Made by a program: the position numbers and the translations under genes. Below are positions 39,263-50,038 of a stretch of 64,000 nucleotides of DNA, one piece after another. The stretch covers positions 1-64,000 of the forward strand of contig JBGASG010000005.1 in NCBI GenBank assembly GCA_044229845.1, in the 5' to 3' direction. The DNA is from Candidatus Obscuribacteraceae bacterium (GTDB lineage: Bacteria; Cyanobacteriota; Vampirovibrionia; Obscuribacterales; Obscuribacteraceae). The first letter of the stretch is position 1. Every line of letters starts with the position of its first letter. The notes under the pieces are model-generated. The model was given only the letters and a program-made list of their open reading frames with translations, made no database searches and was not told the DNA's origin.

Positions 39263-42200
39263 CTAATCCTTAGGTTTCGCTTCGGCTGCGACCGCAGGTT
39301 TCGTGTCGGCTGCGACCGCAGGTTTCGCTTCGGCTGCGACCGCAGGTTTCGCTTCGGCTACAACCGGAGGTTTCGCTTCGGCTGCGACCGCAGGTTTCGC
39401 GTTGGCTACAACCGGAGGCTTCGCATCGGCTGCGACCGGAGGCTTCGCCTCAGTTACAACCGGAGGCTTCGCCTCAGTTACAACCGGAGGTTTCGCCTCA
39501 GTTACAACCGGAGGTTTCTGGTCGGCTGCAACCGGAGGCTTCGCATCGGCTGCAACTGGTTTCGCCTCAGTTACAACCGGAGGTTTCGGGTCGGCTGCAA
39601 CTGGTTTCGCCTCAGTTACGACTGGTGGCTTCGGGTTTTCTGCCACCGCCACTAGTGGCATCGCATCATCTACAACTGAAGGCTTTGCGTCGGCTGCACT
39701 TCGAGGCTTCAATTTTTTGATCAGTAAAGCAAGGCGCCTCTTTAGCGATTTGTGTTTTTTCGGATGACGGTGCTTGTCGTGACCCACAATCTTTTCAGTG
39801 AGAGTGCTTCGCTCTGTATCTTTCAGCAGGTCTTTGCCATCAACCAGGCTGGCGAAAACAAAGTAGAGCCCTGGAATAATCAACACACCGATGATGGTGC
39901 CCGTAAGCATCCCGCCGATGGCAGACGAACCAAGGGTTCTGTTCCCGACTGCCCCGGCGCCCGCCGATAACATAAGGGGAATAAGACCTGCGACAAAGGC
40001 GAAGGACGTCATCAGAATTGGCCTAAATCGCATCCTGGCGCCTTCCAGGGCAGCGTCCAGCAATGGTAAGCCTGCAGACCTTTTTTGAACCGCAAACTCT
40101 ACGATCAAGACAGCATTCTTACCCAACAGTCCAAGCAGGGTGACGATAGCGATTTGTGCATACACATCGTTGGCCAGTCCCATCATTTTGAGCATCCAGA
40201 AGGAGCCAAAAATGCCAACGGGCAAGGAGAAGAGTACTGCCAGGGGCAGTACAAAGCTTTCGTACTGGACCGCCAGCACTAAATAGACAAAGAGCACAAC
40301 AATCAAAGAGATGACGACAAACTCATTGCCTCGTTTCGCTTCGTCGAAGGACAGGTCTTCCCAGGCAATGTCGAAGTCGCGGGACAGGGTCTGTTTAGCC
40401 ACCTCGCGGATAGCCTGAATGGCTTCGCCCGAGGTATATCCTTTCGACGGAAATCCCCGAATGGCGGCAGAGTTGTACATGTTGTAGCGCGTAATTTCGT
40501 TGGGCCCTTTTGTTTTTTTCAGGGTCATAAACGACGTGTAGGGCACCATATCGCCATCTTCGTTTTTGACAAACAGGGTCTTCAAATCATCCAGATTTCT
40601 TCGGTACTCAGGGGATGCCTGGGTAAAGACTTTGAAAAACCGGCCAAATTTGACGAAGCCTTGCTCGTAAGAGCCGCTCATCAGAACATCCAGGTTGTTC
40701 ATAGCCGTTTTGATTGAAACGCCTTTCTGCATGGCCGCCTGGTTATCGATCTGGATTTCAGCTTGCGGGTAGGACGCGTTGTAGAAGGTAAACAGCCCCG
40801 AAATCTCTTTGCGTTTTTTCAGGGCTTCCATAAATTCCTGAGTAGCCGCTTCCAACTCCGGATAGCGGAGGTCGCCGGTTTTATCCAGTAATCGCAAAGA
40901 AAATCCGCCGGAAGAGCCAAAGCCAGGAATGGCCGGCGGCTCGAAAAATTCGACCTTGCCGCCCAATCCAGCAGTCTTATGCTCCAATTCCTCAATTACT
41001 TCATGGACGTTTTGTTTGCGTTCGTCCCAGGGATTGAGGTTGATAAGGCAGGTCCCCGCATTGGAGCCTCTGCCTTCCGTCATGATTTCGTAACCCGCCA
41101 TCGACGTCACCGAGTGGACCCCTTCAGTGGCTTTGGTTCTTTCTTTCAGCTGGCCAATCACTTTGTTTGTATATTCCAGCGAAGACCCCGGTGGTGTTTG
41201 AACAATAGCGTAGATGGTGCCCTGGTCTTCGTTCGGGACAAAGCCGGAGGGCACCTGTTGGCTCATGTAGAAAATGCCGTAGCAAGATAACAGGAAGAAC
41301 GCCATGCACAGTATTTTGTGGGTGACGAGACGCTTCAACAGCCACATGTAGGCACGGGTGAATGCTTCGAAAACGGTATTGAATAGACCAATAAACTTTT
41401 CGAGTATGTTGCGCTTGTGACCGTGACCGGCATGGCTTTTGAGGAATATGGCGCACAAGACAGGCGTCAGCGTTAGCGCCACCACCGCCGAAATAATGAT
41501 GGCGCTGATCATCGTGATGGAAAACTGCCGGTAAAACACACCCACCGGGCCATTGATGAAGGCGATTGGCACAAACACCGAAAACATCACCAGCGTGATA
41601 GCCAGGATCGCGCTTCCCAGTTCGTCCAGGGCTTTTTGCGTGGCCGCATAAGGCGTTAGCGAAGGGTCGTTCTCCATATTGCTGTGGACGGCTTCAATCA
41701 TCACGATGGCGTTATCCACCACAATGCCGACGGCCAGCACGAGAGCAAACAAGGTAATCAGGTTAATGGACATACCAAACATCGCGAGCACCACAAAGGG
41801 CCCGACTAATGAAATAGGTACGGCAATGACAGGAATGACGGTGGAACGCCAGTCCCCCAGAAATAAAAAGACGACCAGGGTGACCAAAATAAACGCATCG
41901 CGGATGGTGTCAATGACCTGCTCGATCGAAGCGTTCAAAAACTTGGAGACATCATAGCTGTACTGGACGTGTATGCCGTCTGGAAACGTCTTAGAGAGTT
42001 CGGCGATTTTTTCTTTGACCTTTTGGATGACTTCCCTGCCATTGCTAGTGGGCGTCTGTTTCAGCACGATAGACGCAGAAGACTTGCCATCGAGATTGGT
42101 GTAAATGTCATAAAACTCACTGCCCAGCTCCACGGTGGCGATGTCTCTAAGCTTGACCATTTCGCCAAATCCGGAGCTTTTGACAATGATATTTTCGTAC

Positions 42201-42937
42201 TGCTCAGGCTCTGAATAGCGGCCGACATAGTTGAGCACCGTTTCTGTAGACTGGGCTTTTTTCCCCGAGCTGATGCCGACCCGTCCGGGACGGGAAATAA
42301 GACTCTGGCTTTTAACGGCCTCGATTACGTCTTCTGTAGAGATATTGTAGGCTCGCATGCGATCAGGTTTGAGCCATAGCCTCATGGCATACGTTCTGCT
42401 ACCAAGTAAGGTTGCGTTCGCCACTCCTGGAATGCGTTGAATTTCCGGTATCAGCTTGGTGTAGGCGTAATTGAACAGGTACTTCTGATCGAAGGAGTCC
42501 GAGTCAGCGTATAGATTCACATACATCAGCATGGAGGGCTGTAGGGGCAAAATGATCACCCCCTCTCGCTGAACGAGTTCAGGTAAGGCGTTCATCATCT
42601 GATCCACGCGGGTTTTAACGCTCACCACCGCCTGGTTGGGGTCGGTACCTGGTTCAAATACCACGCGGATGGTGGCTTCACCGGCGCTGGTGGCATCAGA
42701 GGACATATAGCGCATGCCCGGCACCCCGTTAATGGCCGCTTCCAGTGGTACCAGCGTCGACTGGGTAAGCACATTGGCGCTGGCACCGGGGTAGGCAATA
42801 AAGAGATTGACGACGGTGGGCGCAATTTTTGGGAACTGTGAAATAGGAAGCTGCACCATGGCCAGGCAGCCGAGGAAAACGACAAAAACCGAGATAACAA
42901 TCCCGAGTACCGGCCGTTTAAGAATGTGACGAAACAT
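39263..42937 (-). CDS. RND efflux permease (HAE1/AcrB family) with repetitive C-terminal tail
   Basis: LPISQFP.IAP, GIVVDNAIV, GKNAVLIVEFA and RFRPILMTS motifs. Confidence 0.95.
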   Translation of the reverse strand: MFRHILKRPVLGIVISVFVVFLGCLAMVQLPISQFPKIAPTVVNLFIAYPGASANVLTQSTLVPLEAAINGVPGMRYMSSDATSAGEATIRVVFEPGTDPNQAVVSVKTRVDQMMNALPELVQREGVIILPLQPSMLMYVNLYADSDSFDQKYLFNYAYTKLIPEIQRIPGVANATLLGSRTYAMRLWLKPDRMRAYNISTEDVIEAVKSQSLISRPGRVGISSGKKAQSTETVLNYVGRYSEPEQYENIIVKSSGFGEMVKLRDIATVELGSEFYDIYTNLDGKSSASIVLKQTPTSNGREVIQKVKEKIAELSKTFPDGIHVQYSYDVSKFLNASIEQVIDTIRDAFILVTLVVFLFLGDWRSTVIPVIAVPISLVGPFVVLAMFGMSINLITLFALVLAVGIVVDNAIVMIEAVHSNMENDPSLTPYAATQKALDELGSAILAITLVMFSVFVPIAFINGPVGVFYRQFSITMISAIIISAVVALTLTPVLCAIFLKSHAGHGHKRNILEKFIGLFNTVFEAFTRAYMWLLKRLVTHKILCMAFFLLSCYGIFYMSQQVPSGFVPNEDQGTIYAIVQTPPGSSLEYTNKVIGQLKERTKATEGVHSVTSMAGYEIMTEGRGSNAGTCLINLNPWDERKQNVHEVIEELEHKTAGLGGKVEFFEPPAIPGFGSSGGFSLRLLDKTGDLRYPELEAATQEFMEALKKRKEISGLFTFYNASYPQAEIQIDNQAAMQKGVSIKTAMNNLDVLMSGSYEQGFVKFGRFFKVFTQASPEYRRNLDDLKTLFVKNEDGDMVPYTSFMTLKKTKGPNEITRYNMYNSAAIRGFPSKGYTSGEAIQAIREVAKQTLSRDFDIAWEDLSFDEAKRGNEFVVISLIVVLFVYLVLAVQYESFVLPLAVLFSLPVGIFGSFWMLKMMGLANDVYAQIAIVTLLGLLGKNAVLIVEFAVQKRSAGLPLLDAALEGARMRFRPILMTSFAFVAGLIPLMLSAGAGAVGNRTLGSSAIGGMLTGTIIGVLIIPGLYFVFASLVDGKDLLKDTERSTLTEKIVGHDKHRHPKKHKSLKRRLALLIKKLKPRSAADAKPSVVDDAMPLVAVAENPKPPVVTEAKPVAADPKPPVVTEAKPVAADAKPPVAADQKPPVVTEAKPPVVTEAKPPVVTEAKPPVAADAKPPVVANAKPAVAAEAKPPVVAEAKPAVAAEAKPAVAADTKPAVAAEAKPKD
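39266..39690 (-). repeat. About 16 x 21-24-bp coding repeats (KPPVVTEA / KPAVAAEA)
   Basis: Direct inspection of DNA and protein. Confidence 0.9.
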
Positions 42938-42954
42938 AGCTGGCCGAACCTAAG

Positions 42955-44121
42955 TTACTCTGCATACAGTTTTAAATTCTCAATAGCAAGTTGAGGAGCA
43001 ATCAGCTCGTATCGGATTTTGTCGCCTTTTTCTAGTTTGTTCTGCCGCTCGAGCAGGTACATCTCATCAGGTTTTATCCCGGAGGCGACAATGTAAACGT
43101 TGGGTTCCTCACGGGCCACTTTGATCTCACGTTCGTGAATCACCCCGGTTTTGTCGACTACATAGATGAAGCGCTTATCTAAAATTTCAAACGTGGATTT
43201 TTGCGGCACAATCACCGCCTGCTTGATCTTCTTGGGCCATAGTATTTTGCCTGTTTGCCCGTAACGCAGTAGGCCGTGTGGGTTACTAAAGCTCGCTCTA
43301 AAGGCAATATTGCCTGAGGTGCTATTAAAGTCTGACTGAATGGTTTCTATCGTTCCAGTTTGAGGATAGATTTCCTTGTTGGCGAGTTCCAGTTGGACGT
43401 TCTGAGAAACACCCTGTCGCCTGTGTTGCATGTAGTCCAGGTACTGACCTTCGGGGACATTGAAGTACACCCAAAGTCGATGGGTATCGCTTAAGGTCGT
43501 TAGCTCTTGATTCTCTTCCAGCAGGCTGCCCAGCCTAATATCATTAAAGCGCCCTATCAGCCCGTCAAACGGGGCTCGAATTTCAGTAAAGCCTAAATGC
43601 GTTTTGGCTAGCTGTAGTTCCGCTTGAACTTTAGCCAGCTTGGCGGCAGACATGGCGGCTTCAGTGGGGGAAATAATATCCTTCTCTGCAAGCGCCTGGT
43701 TATTCTCCAGCTCAATTTTGGAAAGCTCAACCTCTGCTTCTTGTTTTTGAACATCGGCTTGGTAGACAGTAGGCTTTATTTGAAAAAGCAATTGTCCCTG
43801 ATGAACAGTTTGTCCTTCGTCTATCAGTACGTCTTGCAGGTACCCCTTCTCCATTGAACGAATTTCAATATGCTGTATGGCTCTAATCTGGCAGACATAT
43901 TCATCATTCAGCGTCAGGTCTTTGATAAGGGGTTTGCTGACCTCGTAAGTCGTATGTGATGCTTCTCCATCATTCGCCGCCAGGTCTTTGCCGGCGGGAG
44001 GACCGACCTGGTGAGCCGAAGCCGATGCTTCTTTGCTGTCAAAGGATGAGTGACAACCTGATATAGACAATACGAGGAGTACTGCGCCGCAGCACAGTGC
44101 CAGTGTTTTAAACAGTTTCAT
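42955..44121 (-). CDS. RND periplasmic adaptor (membrane fusion protein), lipoprotein
   Basis: Lipobox ISGC, IDEGQ.V..GQLLF.I and EIRAPFDG motifs; ATG 44121. Confidence 0.92.
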   Translation of the reverse strand: MKLFKTLALCCGAVLLVLSISGCHSSFDSKEASASAHQVGPPAGKDLAANDGEASHTTYEVSKPLIKDLTLNDEYVCQIRAIQHIEIRSMEKGYLQDVLIDEGQTVHQGQLLFQIKPTVYQADVQKQEAEVELSKIELENNQALAEKDIISPTEAAMSAAKLAKVQAELQLAKTHLGFTEIRAPFDGLIGRFNDIRLGSLLEENQELTTLSDTHRLWVYFNVPEGQYLDYMQHRRQGVSQNVQLELANKEIYPQTGTIETIQSDFNSTSGNIAFRASFSNPHGLLRYGQTGKILWPKKIKQAVIVPQKSTFEILDKRFIYVVDKTGVIHEREIKVAREEPNVYIVASGIKPDEMYLLERQNKLEKGDKIRYELIAPQLAIENLKLYAE

Positions 44122-44305
44122 GAAGCCATTGTTTGTTGTAAACGTTTCGAAGAGCCAATGAGTTTTGATCGAAGATGTGTCTTCCGACACGGCCCTTCAA
44201 ACCTTGCTCTTAGAATCTATCAAAACAATGTGATCAAATTGTGGTTCTACTGGCAGTACCACGAGAATGGTTTCAAGACCTTCATAAAAGGCGTCCAACA
44301 CGATC

Positions 44306-45523
44306 TCATCGCCGGTGAGCGGACGCGACCTTGCCTTTAGGGCTGGCTTTGCCGCTTGCCAGCATGGCATTGCTCAGTGCGATTGTTGCCAGCGGCTCAC
44401 GGGAAAAGGGCTTGAAAACCACCAGCTTGTGGCGCATTTTGACGTTGTACACGCTGAAGGTGACGTTGCTATTGATGTGACTGCTGGGCTTGCTTTTGCT
44501 CATGCCCGTATCGCCAAGTAGAGACGGGAAGAACAGGTTGCCCAGCTCGTCCTCCAGTCCGATATCAAATGTGGTGAACGTATTTTCGGTTTGATTCAGA
44601 ATGTCCAGGTTCAGCGTAATTTCGGTCATCTCGCCGAACGGGTGGCGGTCAATGCGCATGCCCGCCACCTTCACCTTCAGACCCGGACTGCAGAAATCTT
44701 CCGCCGTCTCATCGGGCATGGTCATGGTGGGCAGTTTCAGCGGCTCGCTGAGTATGACTTGCATTTCAGCACCGGGCGGGAGCATGACGCTTTTACCCTT
44801 CGTCAGCATGGCGATTGTCAGCCCGGCAGCGCCACCAATGGCCGCTCCACCAGCCAGGGCGGTCCCGTGGCTGGCGGCCGCGGCCGCCAGACCGCCATAT
44901 TGCAGCACCAGCACTGTACCTACCACGCCACCAATGGCGGTGAAGCCCAAAGCGCGCCCGACAACTTTGGCTGCGGACTTGCCTTTGGAGTCCCGCGTGG
45001 TGCTGTTGCCCTCAATCGGGATTTCACGCCCGTCAGGCGTGATTAAGTAATCAAAGCGCGCATTGATGTAGCCATTGCGGCCCGCACGCTTCGGCCCTTC
45101 AAGAGTGCTCAGCACTCCGTGCAGCACTGTGCCCCTGGGTATCACCACCTGTCTATCCACCAGCACGTCCTTGATGATTTTGCCGTAGAACTCATCGCCT
45201 TTCGTGGTCTCGTCGGCATCAATCTCGTTCGAAAGAACCAGATCCAACGCCGTGCCGGGCGCCACCTCACGCACATCCCCCGTGTTGACGGTCGGGCTCG
45301 GCGGTTGCGGACTGTTGTACTCGGTCTGGGTAATGGTGCTGCGCAGCGCCGGGGACTCGCCGCCGTCGGTAGGAGTGTCGGCGGACAAAACGGACAGCGG
45401 GGCGCCGGCGCTCAGGCTCAGCACCAGACCCAAGGCGCACAGGGAACGGATGACTGACGGTCGCGTCCGGTTACGGGGCTCAAAGGTTTCTTCCATGGGT
45501 CTCCGGGGCACACAGCCTGACAT
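44306..45523 (-). CDS. Secreted TrbI/VirB10-like beta-barrel protein with glycine zipper
   Basis: GT.L.L.L...ID......GDEF....VIP.GT...G pattern and AGGAAIGGAAG; alternative start 45496. Confidence 0.6.
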   Translation of the reverse strand: MSGCVPRRPMEETFEPRNRTRPSVIRSLCALGLVLSLSAGAPLSVLSADTPTDGGESPALRSTITQTEYNSPQPPSPTVNTGDVREVAPGTALDLVLSNEIDADETTKGDEFYGKIIKDVLVDRQVVIPRGTVLHGVLSTLEGPKRAGRNGYINARFDYLITPDGREIPIEGNSTTRDSKGKSAAKVVGRALGFTAIGGVVGTVLVLQYGGLAAAAASHGTALAGGAAIGGAAGLTIAMLTKGKSVMLPPGAEMQVILSEPLKLPTMTMPDETAEDFCSPGLKVKVAGMRIDRHPFGEMTEITLNLDILNQTENTFTTFDIGLEDELGNLFFPSLLGDTGMSKSKPSSHINSNVTFSVYNVKMRHKLVVFKPFSREPLATIALSNAMLASGKASPKGKVASAHRR

Positions 45524-45656
45524 CTAGCGCCCAGAGTATTAACGCATGAACTATGTCAGCTGCGCAAGCAGACGCAAGCTTCCCGTGTCACTGTTCGTCG
45601 GTTTCTGTGAACAGAGGCCGCGCTCGCTTCCGTGGTATCGTAGATGGTGCTTCGAG

Positions 45657-45884
45657 CTAGGGCGCGACAGCCATTTGCGTCGGGACGCGCTGGACGACCG
45701 TCGCTTTCTGCGTTGCCACGATCACCCTTGTCCTGTCCGCGACGGGTTGTTGTGCAGATGTTGCCACCACCTGCTGTCCATCCGCAGAGGAAACGCGAGA
45801 CTTCAAAACTATGAAAGCGGAACTTGATACTACGGAAATAAGCGAAATAAGCGCTACTCCGACAACAAACTCTAGATTGTTCAT
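45657..45884 (-). CDS. Small membrane-anchored hypothetical protein
   Basis: Strong RBS GGGAGG, N-terminal TM. Confidence 0.55.
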   Translation of the reverse strand: MNNLEFVVGVALISLISVVSSSAFIVLKSRVSSADGQQVVATSAQQPVADRTRVIVATQKATVVQRVPTQMAVAP

Positions 45885-46149
45885 GTATCAATCCTCCCGC
45901 GGAATGTAGGCACACCGAAGCGCCGCATTATGTGCGGTTTAGTGTGTATGCATACGGGCTACCTAGCGCCTATGCGGATCCGCTCGCAATCGAGATCGAT
46001 CGCGAGTTTTCGCCTGTGGTGCGCCTACCAAATCCTGATGCGTCTTTTGACGGGCGCAACGTTGGTATGGCCGGACAAGGCACGTATATGCTTCATTAAG
46101 AAGTATATGCGACCGGGCCCTTCACAACAAATTAAACCGTGTTCGAATA

Positions 46150-46386
46150 GTGATCGTCGCCGAGGGCAATCCTTATAAGAAGCGGTGCGTGTCCAATGTG
46201 AACTCGCTGCCCTCTTCCGAATCAAACCCGATAGGCGCGTGGTTGTATGTGGTGATGTCCCTGCGCGGCGAAGGGTGGTCCTACGAAGAAATCGCGAACA
46301 AGACTGGACTGGCAATCGGTACAGTCAGGTCTCGCATTCACTACGCTAGGAAGCGAGCAAAGGAATTAGCGCAGCAAAGCATTTAG
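46150..46386 (+). pseudogene. ECF sigma factor region-4 fragment
   Basis: EGWSYEEIANKTGLAIGTVRSRIHYARKR; no region 2 upstream. Confidence 0.6.
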
Positions 46387-46559
46387 GAATCCTCCATTCA
46401 ACTCAATGTGCGCGGCGCCTTTAATTGTGCCAATGGCGCAGCCGCAAAGTCAATCAACTTGCTGAATCAACGCCTCGACCGATTGACTTTGGGCTTCGCT
46501 CATTGATTTGCCGGTTTCGCTTAGCGCAAGAAGCGCATTCCTTCTGGAGGTTAGAGCGA

Positions 46560-46708
46560 ATGAGAAAGCAAACGGTTAGTCGTCGTCTTAAATACCCGGT
46601 ACCACAATTCAAAATGGCATTGCTACGCGAAAAGGAAGGCAAGACGTTTGAAATCTTCAGACCGAGTGATGTCGAAGAGTTCGTTGAACCATTGAAGCAT
46701 TGCAGCGA
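46560..46708 (+). pseudogene. radC: RadC/JAB-domain gene 5' fragment interrupted by the RIT element
   Basis: LKYPVPQFKMALLRE....IFRPSDVEEFVEPLKHCS breaks exactly at the RIT end motif TTATGTG; radC is a known RIT target. Confidence 0.6.
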
Positions 46709-46794
46709 TTATGTGTCCCAGGAGAATATGTTCCGGCGCAGTCCAGAACCCCGATATCAGCCGGGGGGAGGTCGTGGGTCCGGGAACATAAATG

Positions 46795-47802
46795 TCATAG
46801 AGAATCGAGCCATCTCAGCAGCGCTGCATCATCGCGCCAGCGAACATCAGCGTGGGCCTCTTCGTTTGATGTCGGTGGCCGACATGTTTTCATCGCTTCT
46901 TCCTTCATTCTCATGTTGATTTCCGCGTAGCGATTAGTTGTGTCGAGACTGACATGACCTAGCCATCCGCGAATCACATTTACTTCGACACCGGATTCGA
47001 GCAAATGAATCGCCGTCGTATGGCGGATGACGTGCGGCGAAACAGGCTTTGCAGAGCCATTCGTGCGCTTCTTCTTGATCTCGGCGGTGTGCTTGCGAAC
47101 AAGCTTGTAAATGCCGAATCTAGTCAGTGGTCGGCCGACATTTGACAGAAAAACTGGTTCTTGCGGAACGAAATTCCGACCGACGAGCATGCTTCTCAAC
47201 GTCTCAACCGTTTCTTTCCAGAGTGGGCAAGTTCGCCACTTTCCGCCCTTGCCATGCAACTGAACTCGCATTGCGTCCAACTCAAGTTGCTGCAACGTCA
47301 GACCTGCTACCTCTTGCACCCGGGCACCAGTGTTGTACATAAATAGGAGAATCGCTTTGTCTCTGAGACTCAGAATTGGCTTGCTGTCCGTGGATGCGGA
47401 TTTGAGCATTTGACTGATCTCCTCTATCTCCAGAAAGAACGTTTCTGGCGGATGACATCGCTTTACCTGGATAGTGGCTATCCGTTGCGCTTCCATAACG
47501 TACTCCGGTATGCGTGAAGCCATGTATTCACAAAACGTGTGCATAATGGCCAACCGATGATTGCGCGTTCGGATGGAATTGTGCCGATCGGTTTCTAGCC
47601 AGCGAAGAAACGCCGTGATTGACTCAAGGTCGAAATGGCGCAACTCTAACTTGGTGATCTTGCACTTTGATTTCTTCGAGGCAAATTGCAAATACAGGCG
47701 CAATGCGTCTCGATAGCTCTTCACGCTGGATGGAAGCAATCCTCTTTGGATGGGCAGATAGTCCACCAAAAATGAGTGCAAGACGTCTCCAATCTTGTTC
47801 AT
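46795..47802 (-). CDS. Tyrosine recombinase RitC
   Basis: TGARVQE, HGKGGK, HVIRHT, LGHVS and RYAE catalytic residues. Confidence 0.93.
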   Translation of the reverse strand: MNKIGDVLHSFLVDYLPIQRGLLPSSVKSYRDALRLYLQFASKKSKCKITKLELRHFDLESITAFLRWLETDRHNSIRTRNHRLAIMHTFCEYMASRIPEYVMEAQRIATIQVKRCHPPETFFLEIEEISQMLKSASTDSKPILSLRDKAILLFMYNTGARVQEVAGLTLQQLELDAMRVQLHGKGGKWRTCPLWKETVETLRSMLVGRNFVPQEPVFLSNVGRPLTRFGIYKLVRKHTAEIKKKRTNGSAKPVSPHVIRHTTAIHLLESGVEVNVIRGWLGHVSLDTTNRYAEINMRMKEEAMKTCRPPTSNEEAHADVRWRDDAALLRWLDSL

Positions 47803-48776
47803 AGATGCACCTCCCGTAGTGCTTCCATTGCCAACTTCTGGAAGCGAGTATTTGCTTCATCCAGCAATCCGTCCGTGATAGTCAAATAGACCGCCGTGTG
47901 CTGCAGCTCGGAATGTCCAAGAAAAGTAGCGAGCGGAAGCAAGTGATGAGAGGGATCTTTTCCTTCCCGATAAAAACGCATAAGAGTGTTGACAGCGAAG
48001 GAGTGTCTTAAGTCGTGAAACCTCGGTTCTCGCTGTCCAGCAGCCGGACGCAAATCCAACGCGAGCGTTAACTGTCGAAAGGTTCGCCATGTATTGCATG
48101 AATGCATAGCGGTTCGATCCTCGTGCCACCGGAACACCCGCTCCGATTTGTTCTCAATTTCCGAGTCGTTCACATACAAGCTGAGCTGTTGCGCCAGCTT
48201 AGGCCCCATCGGCAGGTAGCGGCTCTTACCGAACTTTGAGTTGGCGATCAGCAACACATTGCGTTCAAAATCAATATCGCCCACTCTTAAATTGCAGATC
48301 TCACCGACCCGCATTCCGAGCCCATACCCGAGTAAGATCATCATCTGCCATGTTGCTGCACGACGGTGAGCGTTAGACGTATCGTGCAAATCACTTGCTG
48401 CTGACAAAAGCCGCCGAACGTCTGCAGGCGTGAAAATGAATGGTAGCAATTTTTCATTGACTTGCCGCCGTTTCGTTCTTATGGGTGATACGCAGATTTG
48501 TTCTTGATTAACCATCCAATCAAACAGACGGCGAATGATCCCTAACCTGTAGTTGTGGGTTGTTGCCTGCATCGATGCCGATGACCGGAAGAACTGATCT
48601 ACGATGGCACCATCGATCTTGTCGATCGTTTGCACGCCAGTCTGCACCAGATAGCGATCTAGTGCTCGAAATGCCGGTTCCTCTGACTTGTACTTCTTAC
48701 ATAAGGCTCGCTTGTGCTCCAGGAATTGTTCAATTGACTCGGCTAAGCAGCTTCGATATCCAGTCCACTTTTTCAT
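47799..48776 (-). CDS. Tyrosine recombinase RitB
   Basis: GMRVGE, SKFGKSR, HDLRHSFAV, FLGH and VYL motifs. Confidence 0.93.
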   Translation of the reverse strand: MKKWTGYRSCLAESIEQFLEHKRALCKKYKSEEPAFRALDRYLVQTGVQTIDKIDGAIVDQFFRSSASMQATTHNYRLGIIRRLFDWMVNQEQICVSPIRTKRRQVNEKLLPFIFTPADVRRLLSAASDLHDTSNAHRRAATWQMMILLGYGLGMRVGEICNLRVGDIDFERNVLLIANSKFGKSRYLPMGPKLAQQLSLYVNDSEIENKSERVFRWHEDRTAMHSCNTWRTFRQLTLALDLRPAAGQREPRFHDLRHSFAVNTLMRFYREGKDPSHHLLPLATFLGHSELQHTAVYLTITDGLLDEANTRFQKLAMEALREVHL

Positions 48777-50038
48777 AGCAGATCCTCCGCGAGTCCCATC
48801 GCCAGTTCCCGCAGAGACTCAATGTCCACTTTGGAATAAATGCGGGTTGAGTCCGGCGATTTGTGACCGACATAATCACCGATCAATTTCAACGAGAATT
48901 GCGCATCGACGAGTCTTTGAACGCATGTGTGCCTGAGCGTATGAGAACCACGCCTCGGTATATCTACGCCGGAAAGACGTAAGTAATGTACGGCGCGTCC
49001 AGACACCGATTGCCACGACATCGGCGTGACTGGGGCCTGCATACAGAAAAACAAGGCGCGTTCTTTCGTCTTCGGACGATCTTTCTCCAGATATTCGAGA
49101 ATCGCCCTGCCCACAACGCTCGACAATGGATATCCCGTGGAATGACCTGCCTTGCGTTCCCGAATAAGAAGCCGCTCGCTTTTCCAATCGATGTCATCCA
49201 GTGTAATGGCAGCCACTTCGCGCGCACGTAATCCGTACGTTACCAACAAGAGCAGAATTGCGTAGTCGCGTCGACCAACTGAAGTGCGGAGGTCGACTGC
49301 CTCTAACATTGTGCGCACTTCATCCCACGAAATCGACCGAGGCAAGTTTGCCAGGTCGTAAGAGTGGGGAAGTTCAACGACAACACTTAGATCTCGCGTC
49401 AGCAGCCGTTCTCTATAGAGGTACTTCAACATGACTCTGATCGGGCTTAGCACGCGGCTCAAAGACGCCTTGCCTAAACGATCTTTGGTATCAATAACAA
49501 AGCTGCTTAGAATGGGCGGAGATAGCTCGCCTACATCCACCACACCAATTCGATCAAGATAAGATTGCAACAAACCAAGCGAGTAATCATAGACGCGCAA
49601 GGATGCCTTGCTCAGCCCTCTCTCTTCCCTGAGGAATGCAAGAAAATCGTCCATAAATGCAAATCGCGCAGCATACGTGCGTCGGCGGCGGGACCGTCCG
49701 TCATATCCGGGCAGAATAACTGATAGCATCTGGCGAATGCATCCATGAACTTCTCTTTTGAAAACTTCCTGCCGATTTTCAGATCTGCCGAAACGGCTCC
49801 GCTCCTCGAAGTAACGGGCGAAGTCAGAAACGTAATGTTCGAGATGGGAAACGTTTGTGGCTCCCTGCTCCTTGGCGTAATCGCCAAACTGAACTAGCAA
49901 TGGGATTTTTCGATGAATCGTTCGCACGGAATGCTGCTGTTCTTCCATCCACGCGAGATACTTTTCTATCTCAAATGCAATCCATGATTGCCGTATTCTG
50001 TCGATCGTTTTTGGTTTCGAATAATAGTCTTCCAACAT
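48773..50038 (-). CDS. Tyrosine recombinase RitA
   Basis: RDYAILLLL.TYGLRARE, HTLRHT, VGHKS and IYSKVD motifs. Confidence 0.93.
   Translation of the reverse strand: MLEDYYSKPKTIDRIRQSWIAFEIEKYLAWMEEQQHSVRTIHRKIPLLVQFGDYAKEQGATNVSHLEHYVSDFARYFEERSRFGRSENRQEVFKREVHGCIRQMLSVILPGYDGRSRRRRTYAARFAFMDDFLAFLREERGLSKASLRVYDYSLGLLQSYLDRIGVVDVGELSPPILSSFVIDTKDRLGKASLSRVLSPIRVMLKYLYRERLLTRDLSVVVELPHSYDLANLPRSISWDEVRTMLEAVDLRTSVGRRDYAILLLLVTYGLRAREVAAITLDDIDWKSERLLIRERKAGHSTGYPLSSVVGRAILEYLEKDRPKTKERALFFCMQAPVTPMSWQSVSGRAVHYLRLSGVDIPRRGSHTLRHTCVQRLVDAQFSLKLIGDYVGHKSPDSTRIYSKVDIESLRELAMGLAEDLL

Noticed and set aside
39266..39690. 24-bp repeats as CRISPR, or the plus-strand ORF 39303-39767 as a gene
   Set aside because: Contiguous coding repeats of the RND tail; the plus-strand ORF is its antisense shadow.
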